Below, one piece after another: positions 27,186 to 41,500 of a DNA stretch of 64,000 nucleotides (position 1 is its first letter; each line of letters opens with the position of its first letter). The position numbers and the translations under genes were made by a program. The notes under the pieces are model-generated. The model was not told where the DNA came from. It ran no database searches and saw only the letters and a program-made list of their open reading frames with translations. Source of the DNA: Monocercomonoides exilis PA203 (taxonomy: Eukaryota > Protista > Preaxostyla); NCBI GenBank assembly GCA_001643675.2, contig LSRY02000075.1, forward strand, positions 1 to 64,000. Direction: 5' to 3'.

Positions 27186-28180
27186 ACTTTAAAATGGGAC
27201 TATTTCCCTAATTGGCACTTTTTTTGTTTTTGCTTGCCAACAACCGAAAAACGCTGGATGACTTTCAGCACTTTATAAATCCTTTTTAACAAGTTTAATT
27301 CTATTTATATACTGTTTTCTTATTGAATTTTTGTTTTTTACACATCGAGAAATTAAGTTTTTTTGCTTAATTAAATAGGACTTTTACCAGCCAACCAGGC
27401 AACTCACAAGAAATTGATGAGTTGTTATGTGTAGCATAAACGATAATCTATCTTTTTTTAAACACTTTTTTCAACAAACAATTTTTGTGTGATATTTTTT
27501 CATTTCATTTTTTTCATTACATGCAAGAACAAAACTGATTATTTCGTTGTTGATATAATGAAATGATACAAATAAAAATATGATATGAATACAAATACTC
27601 AAATTACGAAGCAATGAATATATAAATAAATTTGTTATTTCTTTTCGTCAAGAGCTCAACTTTGTTACTAAATTGTGATCTCAGATCATTTAAAGATGGT
27701 GCCATTTGTCCGAAAGAGACATATAGAAAAAATATGTGTTTTCTTTTCATAACATATCATTATTAAAGTGTTCGTTTGCGTATCATATTTTTATTTGTAT
27801 CATTTCATTATATCAACAACGAAATAATCAGTTTTGTTCTTGCATGTAATGAAAAAAATGAAATGAAAAAATATCACACAAAAATTGTTTGTTGAAAAAA
27901 GTGTTTAAAAAAAGATAGATTATCGTTTATGCTACACATAACAACTCATCAATTTCTTGTGAGTTGCCTGGTTGGCTGGTAAAAGTCCTATTTAATTAAG
28001 CAAAAAAACTTAATTTCTCGATGTGTAAAAAACAAAAATTCAATAAGAAAACAGTATATAAATAGAATTAAACTTGTTAAAAAGGATTTATAAAGTGCTG
28101 AAAGTCATCCAGCGTTTTTCGGTTGTTGGCAAGCAAAAACAAAAAAAGTGCCAATTAGGGAAAAAGTCCCATTTAAAAGT
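27186..28180. repeat. Palindrome P3 / foldback-like element: 400-bp near-perfect arms (27186-27585, 27781-28180) and a 195-bp spacer
   Basis: actttaaaatgggactatttccctaattggcac... pairs with ...gtgccaattagggaaaaagtcccatttaaaagt. The coordinate sum is 55366 at both the outer and inner ends. No credible ORF. Confidence 0.93.
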
Positions 28181-29505
28181 CGACCCCACAAAAAATATTA
28201 AATTTTTTTTTTATATTTTGTCTATGGTTGATTATTTTAGAAATCATTATTTTTTTCGTGATGTTTTCTTTTCGAAACTTGTTTGTTTTTTGAAAGAAAA
28301 TTTTGATTCAAAAGAGAAGAAGCATGATAATTGCTTTTCATAACAAATGTTTTCACCGAATAAAATATTAAAATGCATTCAATAAGCCTTTTCACTTCCA
28401 AAAGTTCTTTTGAAATTATTCATGAGAAATTTTCGAACCGAAATATTTTGATTGAAAAAATATGATATCAAAAATAATCACACATATCACAGAAATAAAA
28501 GCCTTGCACTTATGAAATATCAATTTATCTCTTTGATCATTTTATACCACAATAGTATTTATTTCTTTCAATTTTTGATCTTTTTTTGTGATATGGTAGA
28601 TCCTTTTTGAAATCACACTTTCGTTCGAGTTTTGATCAAAATTTCTTTCTCAATGGGATTTGTGTCAATATTTGTTATCACAATAGAAGTATCATAAACA
28701 ATAAGTGTTTACTGTTTCAACTCATTTTTTTCAAAATCATATTGATAACAAAATTTTGATCAACACTCGAACGAAAGAATGATTTTAAAAAGGATCAGCC
28801 AAATAAGGATTATGCATTTGGGACTTCTCAGACAGAATAACACATATTTGTTGTCTACATTTGGAAATAATCCTTTAAAACAAAAGAGATTAATTTCTAT
28901 ATAAATTTTCATTCTTTCAAAAATTCGGTATTTTTTCCCTCTATTTTCGTGAAATTCAATCAGTTTGTTACAAAAATCGATCAAAGAAGGAAACGTCAAA
29001 GTTGATTTAAAGTTATTTCATTTTCGGCTAATTATGGAGATAAACCACAAAAAGTTTTTTCTGAAATCTTCCGATTGACCAGTGGAAAAAAAAAATCATT
29101 TTCAGCATTTATTTTGATCAAACATTTGCGAAAATCAGTTTCAGATATCTTTTTGTGTAAATAATATTTATTTTTGAAGTTGATGGTTTATATTTTTTTA
29201 TAAAAAAATTATCAAAATTAAAAAACATATGTTCCAAATCAAATTATCTTAATCTGAGACGATTAAATTAACAGAACTAACGAAAACAATTAGATTTTAA
29301 AAAAGACTTCTCCATTACGCAAAAATTAATACTTTTTTTAAGCATCAAAAACACTCATTCTTATAACATCAAAAGAAAAAACAAAGATTTCAAAATATCA
29401 TAAAAATTAAAATTTTAATACAAAGAGATAAAAATTGTATATAGAAATTCATTTTTCATAAAACATCAGAGATTAATTCTGAAATATTTAATAAGAAACA
29501 ATAAT

Positions 29506-32500
29506 TCATTCAAATCTTCTTTTTGCAGTTATTAATGATGCAAATAAACAATCAAAAGAAGGACATGAAGAATACAGAAGGTAAGTAAGCTCAGTTTTGT
29601 TAGTTGGAGTTACTGTGAGAGAAGCTGTTTGTCTCAAAGAAATGATAGCTTCCTCATCAAAAGAGAAAAGAGGATGAAAATCAGTTTGATTACTATTTGT
29701 TAAATGTTCTTTTGAAGCAGAATCACAAATATTTTCAGAGAAAGCTTTTTTCGAGCAAACAGCAGATAATGGTTGACAAGAATCAGATGGTTTTGACTCT
29801 GAACAGCTCGTTATTGCTTCTGACTTTGATTGAATAATCTTTGATTGATGAGAATATATCTCCCTAATTCTATCTCTTTCCTTATAGAGTTGCACTTTCG
29901 CAGCAATCTGAGCAAATGATTCTGTTTCCATCCAAGAGTAAGAATGGAAGAAAACATCGCATAAAAGCCGATCTTCTTGGAGTGCTGCTTGCAAATATGC
30001 ATTTCGACGAGAAATGCTTAAGGCCTTTTGAACTAAGAACCATGACAAAAATATTTCCTGTGAAACACGAGAAGCGAATTTTAACAATTGTTGCTTTCCA
30101 CGGGAATGAGACGGTTGAAGCATGAAAGGTGTGAAAATCAATGGATGCGAATGCATAGACGCACATTTTTCAAGAAAAGAATGAGCAGTTGTTGAAAAGG
30201 ATGGAAGCAACAGCAATGAACAAGATGAAAGAAGAGGTTGAGTAAAGAAATGTGTATCTGTAAGAGGTGAGGGTTCATTTGGGTGAAATGAGAACAAAAA
30301 CGAAGTTGACTTGCAGAGAAGCAAAGGAAGTGATACATCAAATGCAAGATGAGACAGAATCGAATCATCGCTTGATAATAGCATTGATGGATCATCAAGA
30401 AAATCATTTAGCACAGCACTTAAATCATCACAACGCGTATCATCCACATGAGACAAATGGACAAGTATTCGAAGCATTGGATAGTGAATCAAGTTTTGAG
30501 GTAATTTTCTTGGAAGCGAAGTCGAGCAACGACTAATCTCACGAACAAGAGGAGTGTCTCTTCGTTTTCTTCTTCCACAACGTGAAGTGTTAACTTTCTT
30601 TTGAACCAAGGAACTTAAGATACCTTTGGAAAAACGAGTTGAAGTAGATTGAGAAGAGACTGATGATGAAGAAGAACCATCAGCAAGTGTTTTCATGAAT
30701 AAAGAGTGATGAAGATTTCTGTTTGGTAAAAGTGCTGAAAGAAGCGCAGGAGAAGATTTGCAGTTAATAATTTCTTCGTCCCTCTGAGTAATCCGTGATG
30801 CAGGATCAATTGACGCTTCACAAATTGGGCAATCACAACCATATAGATGGCCCATTAGTAGATGGTGGGATGTCTGAGCCGAAGAAGGATGCGAAATCTG
30901 ATCGTAAGTTGGATGATAGTCCACTGCATTGATAAGTTTGGATTCCTTCGATACGCACGTTGGTTTTGGCTGCAAACAAGATGAATTGTCATTATTTTTC
31001 GCTTCTTCCTTCGACACATTTTTCTCAGAATTACAATTTGAAATGGAAGATGCATATCCTTTTCTAAGCATTGTTGGTTCAATCGACTGCGATCTTTCTC
31101 TTGTTTCTCCTGTTTGAGACAGCATTAATGATGAATTTCCCAAATTTCGCTTAAATGGATCTATTTGCTCCGAACTGCTTTGATTACCTTCAAATAGCAT
31201 TTTCTTTCTGCTATTGATGTTTTGGGTGAGAGATCGAGAATTGATTGTAACAAGAGAATCCAGTTGATATTCGTGAAGCAGAATAGAAAGGGAATGAGTT
31301 GATGAACGATACATAACAGCGCGCGACAAGGGAATTGCAAACAACAATTTCAGGTTAAACATCGATCCCTTCAGCGCAAGATGTTCTTTAAGGACTGGCT
31401 TTCGCTTTTTTCTCTCCTTCACATCAACAGAAGAGATAAGGGCGCCAGCAGAATAGCACGCAGTCCTTGAGCGATAGGCAGCATTCCTTGCACCAGAATC
31501 ACTGATATCAATGCTATTCGTAACAGGAGGAGGTGGCATTGGTCTCCAGCTTCTTTTAGGAGCATCACGTTCTGCAGGAACATATGCACAAAGAAAGAAT
31601 GCTTCAAATCTGAAAAAGCAAGCAAGTCGTTGCGAATTGAAGTTAATTTCACAAGGAAAGAAATTTGAAGGCTCATCAGCAAAAGGAGAAGCGCTCAAGT
31701 TGCCTGACGGAGGAAGCAGAAAATTCTGCACTGGTTTTGTTGAGAGATGCGAAAAGAGTGTTGTAAGAGGAACAGAAATCAGCGTGCCTGGCTTTGGTAC
31801 CTGTGGAGCAAATGGAACAGACGGTGGGATGGGTGTAGCTGTTGTAGGAAAAGATATCACCTGCTTTTTATCATTTGGATCAAAACGGAGAAAATGCTCC
31901 GAAAAAGAGACAGATTTTGTTTCTTTTGTGAGAAGTTGATCAACAAAGAAGTGCTGTGCAATAGTCGGATCTTTTGCCGATATCTTTTCTCTATTTTCTG
32001 AATTTGGATCAATTTCTTCTGCTCCATCATCAAGAATGCAGCATCTGTTCAGTGTCCCTCCCATGATTATAACCTCCTGAACAGCCAAACGGAAGCATTC
32101 TATTTCTGTTGTACCAAAACGGAACTGAAGCGGAGAAAGCGTGGAAGAAGGATAAGGAATTGCAGCTGGGCGTTCAAGGTTAACAGGCTCGGATGAAAAA
32201 ATAGATTCTGCTGAAACAACCGCAGCAGCTGAAGGAGTTGAAGGTACTTGTGCTGAAAAGGGCGCGAAAGGTGAAGGAGAAGGAGACAATGGAGTGCCAG
32301 GGGGTGTTTGCTGTGAATCAGCAGAAACCATTTCGACGGCATGGCTCAAAGGCGATGGTCTAGCTGGAGCTAAAGGAGAAGGAATCGACTGGCTAGGAAC
32401 GATACCTCCCACCTGAGTGAATGAATGGCGGAGGGGAGATCTAGGAGTTGGAGAAGGCGAGTGGTGCGATGTTTTTGGAAGAGAATTGATGGATTGAGGA

Positions 32501-35500
32501 GAAGAGGAAGCAGAAGCAGAAGGAGAAGAGGATGGGACGCAAGAACGAGGAGATGAATCACCTCGAGAAGATGCATCTTGCTCTGTTTGTTTTTGAGGTG
32601 ATTCAGACAATTCTTTAAGAGATTTAGTCGAAAATAGTCCATCATCATCGTCATCATCAAACAATGAAAAACGCTTTGAAGGCGGTTTTGTAGCAGAACT
32701 TTCTGGTTTTGTAGTATCAGCTTTTTCTTCGGTTTCTTTCTCATCATCATCATCATCATCATCATCAAACAATCCCTTTGCCTTCTTCTTCTTCACATCA
32801 GCCGACTTAATCACCTTCGGCAAAAGCGAAATCTGCTCTTTCATCAGTTTGTTAATTTGTATTTGAATCGATTTCAGAATCTCCAGTTCATCTTTTTCTT
32901 CGAGTGCCACTGCCTCTTTGTGCGCCTTCCACTGGCGCTTCTTTTCAGCTGCTGCCTCAATACGCGCCTGATCCAGTTGCGATTCTTTGTATTTTTCTCC
33001 TCTTTCTTCAGCCTCTCGCATCATCGCTTGATGCTCCTTGAACCAATGCTTGAATGCCTTTTCTTCTGCGTGCCTTTCGTGCTCTTTCTGCTTCTCTGCC
33101 TTTCGCCGCTTGTACATACTGATCTTAATCTCATGTCGTGTCTCTGCAAACAGCTTCTTTAGCCTATCGATTTCTTGTGAAATCTCTTGTCTTCGCTTGT
33201 CTTCTGGTGTTTTTGGAATCACAATCTGTTCAGCAGGCGAAGGAGCATCAGAATCTTTCGCAACGACAAATGATGGAATGAGAATTGGCTTGCTTGATTC
33301 TTCGGATGATGGAGGCGAATGTGAAGGAACAAGATGTGAAACAGAAGGGGAAGATAACGGAGATGGAGATGGTGATGATGAAGGTGACTGTGAAGAATTC
33401 TTTCTCTTTATAGCAAAAGCAGATAAAAACGATAACCCTTTTGGATCTTTGTCAAGTGAAGAATTCTGAGGGCGGCCTGAAATTGTTGCAGAACGAGTGA
33501 TTCTTGTTGTTCCAAACAAAAACTTGTTCTGTTGTTGCTGCTGTTGTTGCTGCTGTGATTTTTCCTCTTTTTCCTTTTCGTCTTCAGCAGACTTCATTTC
33601 AAATGCTGGTGAGCCCGATCCATCATCGACTGCTTTCAGTTCTTCTCTCTTTGGCGGCTTCCACAGTGGCAGTTGGTACTTCATCGGAGGCAGTGGCTCA
33701 ACTTTCTTTGGCCTGCGCTCATTTGTGAACAACCACGAATAGTCGTCTTCTTTGTCTTCTTTATCGGATAATCGAGAAGATGAAGAAGAAGATGAAGAAG
33801 ATGAAGAAGAAGAAGAAGATGCAGACGCAGAATCTGAAGATGTGTGTGAAATAGACAGTGGAGAAGAAGACTTGCCTCTGTGCTTCTTTTCCGTTGCAGC
33901 TGAAAAGATAGAAGTTGGCTCGAGATTTATATCTCCATCAAATAATGAAGAAGAAGAAGAAGATGATGATGAAACAGAAGCAGAAGTGGAAGAAGAAGAA
34001 CTTTGCCATGAAGAGTTGTCAGCACGAACAGATATTGGATTTCTGATGAATTGTCCAGATGAATTTACTTTCTGCTGAGAGAAAGGATCATCAGCATAAT
34101 GAAGAAACTTGATGTCCATTTTCTGTGTGGGAAGGAGCATTGCAGGCTTGTTCAGGATAACTTCTAGCTCAAGCGGAGCATTCACTGGGCATCCAATCAC
34201 AGAGGTTGACGAATCAATTGAAGAAGAAGAGAAATGCGATGAAGGAGGCGAAACATCAGAAAACACAGATATGTCTGTTTGTTGAGCAGACGATGCAGCA
34301 GCAGCTGATCCCAATGCAGAAGGCGGAGGCAAAGCGAACGGAGATGACTCAAGCTCCTGAACAACAACATCAGCAAGATGAGGCGCAAAAGGAGATGGAA
34401 CAGGAATGGAGACGTTGTTTGCTTCTTCATCTGGAATAACAGCACTTTCTTCAGCTTTTTGATCGCTTGAAGATTTATTTGAAAACAAGGTGACGGTAGG
34501 AGATGGGACGCGAGAAGGAGAAGGAAGGCTTTTAAGCTTTTGGAAAATCGAAGGTGCAAAAATACGCAGAAATGCAATGGAAGGCGTTGAGGAGATGGCA
34601 GCAGAGTTCGAATATGATGCAAAATCATTCAGTGCTGCTGCAGTTAGCAGAGATGATACATATTGCACATGTGCAGGTGAGGAATAAGCAAGCAGCGTGC
34701 TTACGAGAGATGAATAAACCTGCTTCAGCTTCATCGAATGCCACCACGAAAGCTGAGCAGCTTCGACTGGAAGCAAAACACTCGTTTTGTCAACACTGTT
34801 GGCTTTCCCTTTCTTTTTCGCTTTTTCTTCTTCTCTCTCCTTTTTCCGCTTTGCGAAGGCAACATTTTTCTCAGTCACTTTATTGAGGATTTCGAGGATG
34901 ACTCGGCAAGCAAGCTCCAAAGCAATTGGTCTAAGCACAGCCTGTGAGAGGAGAGTTTGAGGAACAGAAAGAGGATTGGCATTTGAATTTGCGTTTGAAT
35001 GGGAGAAAAATGAAGAAGGAGGAGAAGGAGAAGAAGAAGAGATCGAAGAAGAGCGCAATGAAGAAGAAGCTGATGAAATATCGTGCGATGATTTTAAAAA
35101 TTCTTTGTCAATTTTTGTTGATGTTGTTGAGCACAGGAATGAAACAAGGCAATCCATCATTCTGCAGTCATATTCATACGGAAAACCAACTGAAATCTCT
35201 TTTCTATGAGAAGATGTGTCATTAGCACCGACTTTCAATGATTTCATTTTACCTTTGCTTTCTTTGTTATTCTGTTCAATGGAATCATTTGAGACTGAAT
35301 TCAATGAATTATGCTGTTTTGCTTTTGCTGTTTTCTTCATTGACTTCCGCAATCTCACTCTTCTAATGATAGGCCTGCTGAATGAAAGGTATTTGTGACA
35401 TCTTCCGCTTATTATTGGTTTTTGTTGAGTGGAATTCTGTTTCTGATTGTTTTTCTCTTCTTGTTTTGTGCTTTGTTTATTCAAATATTCGCATTCTGAT

Positions 35501-38500
35501 GAAGAGTCGGTCACTTCCATGTCTGAAAACGCCAAGTCGAGCTGCTCTGGTTCATTTGCACATTCTGAATCATTGTTATCTTTATCCTTCTCTATCATTT
35601 TCTGATAGTTTGAAAGCGAAGTTCCAAAACCTTCTTTTTCGTCTATCTTTTTGGATTTTTTCTCTTCAGAGCGTTTTTTCTGGCTCTTTGAAAGGAATAA
35701 GTCATCGTCTTTGTCATTTTCTTCATCAAACAAAGAAGATTCGTGTTTGATTTCCTTTTCTTCCTTCTTTTCTTTCGATTTTTCTTTTTTCTCCTTCTTC
35801 TCTTTCTTTTCTTTCTTCTCTTTTTTCTCTTTCTTTTCCTTTTCCTTCACTTTCACCCCAGAAAACTCTGCTAAAATATCTTCAACAACAGACAAATTCT
35901 TGCTCTTTTCTTTGGAAGACTCCCCTCTTTTCTTCGAAGACGACGACGAAGAGTAATGAGCTTCCTTTTTGACAACAAAATTTTCTTTATTTGAAAGATA
36001 TTCAATAACACTCACAGGTACAATTCTGCCTTCGGAAACATCTGAATTTGAAGGAGGGGGGAGCGGATGCATTTCAAGATCTTCCTTTGAAACAGGTTCT
36101 GGTGACGCTTCGATGATAGATTTTACTTCTTTGCTCTCAACGCCACCTTCACCAGGTACAATGAAATACGACAAAAAGCATTTTCCCTGATTCAATGGCA
36201 AGATTTTGCTCAAAAGCTCGCCCAATGCAATTGTGTTGTCTTCCACTCCATATGAGCAGAACTCAGCTGTCGCATATGGCTTATACTCCAACGGAACACC
36301 ACGGCAATCACATCCACCAGCTGCTGAAAGCGAATACGGCATTGATGTATCTGGTGAAGGAGATCTGGAAGGAGTATTAGCATCTTCTCGTTTTTTCCAT
36401 CTTTTTGAGTAAAGAGGATGTGCAAAGTCAATGTGAGGTACTGAAAAATGTGATTTTACTGAAGTTATCTGACCACTTCCTCCTCCTTCTCCTCCGCCTC
36501 CGCTGCTGCTTCCTTCTTTCTGTTTGGAGAATCCTTTGTTGAATGTTGATCTTCCATCGCTTTTTGAGTCAACATTCATAATATTTTGAAGGTTCTTTGT
36601 GAGAGTGGCATCTTTGCCCTCATCAATTGTCGGGCACAAGTTGACTGCCACACGCAAAGTCAGCGTTTCTGGCAAGTTCCATTTCGACAAGCATTTTGTT
36701 ATCACTCGCGAAATCGGAGCAGAAAAGGGGAAGAACATGTGAATACGTGTATCCAACACACGAGCGCGCTGGATAGTTCTCGAAAATGGATTGAGGGGAG
36801 ACAAATGTACATACAAATAAGGTTGGAGCTGCGGTGTCTCGCGAATGGGGCACGCTCCAAGTGCAAGCTGGTTGGAGTCTGAAAACGCGATGATTGAAGA
36901 AGAGCCCTCTTTTCTGTCTGCTTCATCGGAAGAATCGCCTTCTTTGCTTTGTCCACTGCTGTATTGTGAAAGCTTTCCATCAGTAGGTAAAGGCTTTCCG
37001 AAGGATGTGCTTATTCTGAGAAGCTCTTCTGTTGTGATTGGCTTTGCTTGGAATCCTCCCATTCGCATCGTCTTCGAGAGAGGCATCACTTTTGGCATGG
37101 GAGCATCTGTCCAGTTGTCTTCCTCAGTTTTTGATGTGTTTGAACTGCCAATGGAAGAATTATCAGGTCTCTGGGCATTTCTAAAGAGTGAATTGGCTCC
37201 TTTTCTTTTCATCATTTTCTGCTCGAAAAAATCATCTGTAAAATCAATTGGGCTGTTGTTGCTTCCATTCTTCACAACTTTGGATGTTGGAGGTGGAGGA
37301 AGGAAAAACTCGTCGTCAATATCTTTTTGCCTTATTTTCTTTGTTATATTTGGTCTCTTTTTCTTTTTTTTCAACAGCATCGCCTTTCGGAATATTCCAT
37401 TTTGCCCAGCTTTTTGTGCTTTTTCACTGTTTTCATCAGACTTCTTGCTGTTCACACCGCATATCATCTGCGCAGTTTTTGCAAAGTCTCTTCGGAAAAT
37501 AGGAGCCAACCCAATTTCTTTGAGGAAGAACTCGGGTGTGTGCGGGCATTGGAGAAGGGTGTGGAGGAAGAGAAGCATCGAAAGCGGGAGACAGTCATCA
37601 ACTAGGCAGGAAGATGTGTGCGACTCAGGAAGAGGCAGATAGCAAGGCTCAGACGAAGAAGAAGAAGCAGCAGCACTTGATGCAGCAGACAACACAGTCG
37701 ATGCTTCAAAGCCAGTAGACGGGAAAGGAGAACTCATTGAGGGAGACACAACATTAGAATGAACATCGGCTGAATCACTTGATACATTAAATGAATCTTC
37801 GCCTTGTCTTGCTCCTCCCAATAGGCGTTTTGGTGTTGCAAATGAAGTTTCATTCTGTGAGAACCGCAGATGATTCGTGCTGACTGTTATTCTTGAAACA
37901 GGTGTCAGCAGCATTCTTGTGAATAGCGAGCAGACAAGGTCAGTTCTTGAATGGAGCTGAGTGAGGTCTTTATACCACGAAAGCGCAAACACATTGCAAA
38001 TTCGAGGCGAAGCAAAGGAAGATGTGTCGACACCAATAAACGTCGAAGTCGAAAGCAGTCCATCTGCATCGCCTTCAGAATCGGTTGTGTTGTTTGAGCT
38101 GTTCTCGTCAAAAAGAAGCGATGAAGCTGCAGAAGATGAAGAAGATGAGGAGGAAGAAGAAGAAGATGATGATGAACCTTTAACAAGCCATTCTTTCTTT
38201 ATCTTTTCCATCGCAATTTTCTCCTTTGCCTTCTGTACTTTCTTCTCCATCCTTGCTTTTTGTTCCTTTTGCTCCTTTTCGATCGTCCCAAGAACAAAAT
38301 TTTCCTTCAAATTCAGCCATCTCTGGACAATCCCTTCTGTTAGCGCCAGATCCTTCAGTGATTCGCACAGAGAAGCACGTGGTGCGTCGCCACTATCCAT
38401 CAGAAAAGAGAAAAGAGAGACGAGCTGCTGGGGAGAAAGAGAAGGCATCACACGAGGCGACGGGATGGTCATCAGGGGATTTGAGAGTGTGGAGAGTGAA

Positions 38501-41500
38501 GTGGTATATTTATGGTGAGATGAGGGAGATTCTGAAGTGGAAGCGGAAGAATTGGAGTGAAGTGAAGACGAACGAGAGGGAGGTGCAGCCGAAGATGGGG
38601 CTGTTGAAGCAGAAGAGGATGAGATGGAGGTGGTGGAGGAAGTGATTGTTGAAGATGATGAGTGTTGTGCAGGTTCCACAGAAGGTGAAGCAGAGGCAAT
38701 GGAGACAGCTGCAAGTTTCAGTGAAGTGAGAGAAGCCAATGAAGTGGAGCGAGATGAAGCAGCAGTTGGGGTGTGAATGCCTTCTGATCGGATGCTCTCT
38801 TCTTTGCTCAGCTGGCTCTGTTGATTCTGCTGCTGCTGCTGTTGTTGTTGTGTCGATTGGGCAGAGTTCCTTTTGCGTCTGTCATCTGTCCGCACTGCAT
38901 TCAGAAGCGGGTCAGCAGCAATGACAGAACACAGCGTCTGCAGAGCAGAGATCTTCCCGTTCATAAACAGCTGCATGTCTGACACTTTCTTTTCAAATAG
39001 AGAAGGCGCCGGCGGCTCCAACTCAACGCGGCGAGGCGGAATGTACCGCACCATCGACATCAGCTGCCTCCGCTCTGCCTTCAGATCTTCCTCATTTTCG
39101 AGCCACGGCTCAGCGGCAAGGTCGTCTCCATTGTGCCGTGCACTGGATTTGAGCAGACGGTTCTTCGCTTTGCGTGATTTTCTGGTGTTGTTTCCTTCTG
39201 CTCCTTCGTTTGCGTCTCCATCTTCTTCCTCTTCTTCCTCTTCCTCTTCGTATTCCACTTCCTCCTCTTCTGCTTCTTCGTATTCCTCAATTACTTCTTC
39301 GCTTTTTTCCTCTTTTCCTTTTTCCTTTTTTTGAATTTTCTGTCCATTTGTGTTACAAAGAACATCACTTTTGCAATCCTCTCCTGTTTTCGAATCTTCA
39401 GTTCCATTTGAGCTTTGAAAATTCTTCCATTTCTGTTTGTCCTCCAAAATTGCGTCTTCGATCGACTCCAGCACCTCCAATGCCTCATCTTCGAGAGTGT
39501 GATCATCTTCTTCCTCTTCGTTCCAAGGGATGTCATCCTTCCGCATCTTCCTCTCTGCAATGATCTGCTTTGCATCAATGCCCAAATGAATGAACAAGGA
39601 CGACGCAATTTCAGGAAGATACAAAAGGGCTGATGATGTTGATGCATCGATAGCTGACTCGTCTATCTTCGTCTTGGCGAGCTCTTCTGCCTGCGAAAGT
39701 GTGAGCGAAAGCGGAAGAGGAAAAGACGAAGAGGCGAACGGGTTGTGGTATTCCTCCTGTGACAGAGTGGAAGAGCCGAGGAAAGACAGCTGCATCCGCA
39801 TTGCTCTCTCTTTCTCTTCGCGTTCTTCGCGCTTCTTTTTGATCTCTGCGCGCTGCTGCGGAGTGAGGAACGTGGTTGGCTTCGAGTCTACGTCAAAGAG
39901 AGAGTCCATGGCAGGGGAGTAGTGTGTGGGAAGGATGAACTCGTCGGCGTTTGACAGCGAACACAGCAAAGTGAATGGAGGAAGGCTGATCGTCTGCAAA
40001 CGCTCAGGATGAGCCAGTTTGGCGTCTGGCGCAGCGTCGCGGGGAGGGACAGCAGTGGCAGATGGAGAATAAACCACGATACCCTTTGGAGAATAGGAAA
40101 GGCACTGGCAAAGCGCCTGTGTGATTATTGGCGGGAGAGAAGAAGAGACAATCACTGAAAAGATAAACACGCAAATTGAAGTGGGAATGTTTGGCAAAGG
40201 AGGAAGCTGCGGAATGAATTGAGGTGCAGAATTGATAGAGGCAGATGACGATTGGGGTGACAGACGAGGAGAAAAAGACGAGGCAGAAGATGAAATGGAA
40301 AGAGGCGATGGCGAGTGCAACGTGGACGGAGACGACAAAGAAAAAGAAGGCGAAACTTCTCGAAGTGGAGTAGATCCAGTCGCAGCAGTAGCAGAAGAAG
40401 AAGAAGGGTCATAAAGAGGGAGTGTAGGTGTTGATAATGAAGAGGCAGATGAAGGTGCAGTTTGAAAGATAACAGGAGAATCCATCCATTTCTGGTCCAT
40501 TCGCAGCAAAGAGCCGCTTTGCGACGAAAACGACTCTGAAGTTGAAGATGAGTGTGGAGTTTTTGTGGCAGTCGGGGAACGTGTGCGTTTGTTGACATGA
40601 ACACGCCAGAACTGCTGGGTGAGGGGAATGATGGTGTGCGTGATGAGAGAGCGAGACAAGGAATGAGAGAGCAGCGGAGATCCGATTCGGAAGATGTCGC
40701 AGATAAACATGATGCTCTCGGAGAGATCATTGAGCAGGTCGTCGATGGTCACAAGCGAATGGGCAAGCTCAGACTGGCAGTGCGAACAAGGCGCATGAAA
40801 CGCTTTGTGCAACGGGAACACATTCTTTGTGGAAGGAATAGGTATCACAGCAGGAAGCGATGCAGGCAGCTCGGTTTCTCCAAACAAAGCACAGAACACT
40901 TCGTGGGTTTCTGGGGAATGGTAATAGTCTGGCGACGAGAGGAGCTCAGAGACATGAAGTGAGTATGGCTTCCTCTTTTGAGCACGGCTTGTTCTCTTTT
41001 GCTTAACTCCTGCATCTTTTGATTCGGTTCCTTTATTGTTTCTATTCAACTCGTTTGAGTTCAATGTTGCCATAGCAATATCGAAACATAGTGCAGTAAT
41101 ATATATGGACACATTTTTAAAAAAAGGTGTCGTGTCTTTGCACAAATATTTGTGAACAATGTCTGTTTTCACCCTCATCATTGTTAAAAGTGTCGTTCTC
41201 ATTGCTGTTTTTGACAAATTATCTGGATGGGCAAAGTATTGAGCAGCCAAAGATGCTATTGCAAAATTTCCAACGTCATCCTGGAATACATAGATAAAAA
41301 ATAATGATTAAAAAAGCAAAACGTATATTTCAAACCTCAAAAAACACGACATTTTCAGGAGTCATTTTAAATGCAAGTGATCTCAAAATTGAAGTGTAAT
41401 ATGATAAAAGCTCAGTATCATCTAAGTCGAATTTGACACATAGAAGATCAGTTACATTTTTTGACAAAAAAGTGTGATAATTCAATTCAGTTTTAATATT

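Noticed and set aside
32730-39300. Trinucleotide and 9-bp tandem repeats (gaa, tca, tgc; KEK repeats near 35750-35850) as an array or CRISPR-like locus
   Set aside because: They are in-frame low-complexity coding tracts of the CLEC16A-like gene, with no repeat-spacer structure.
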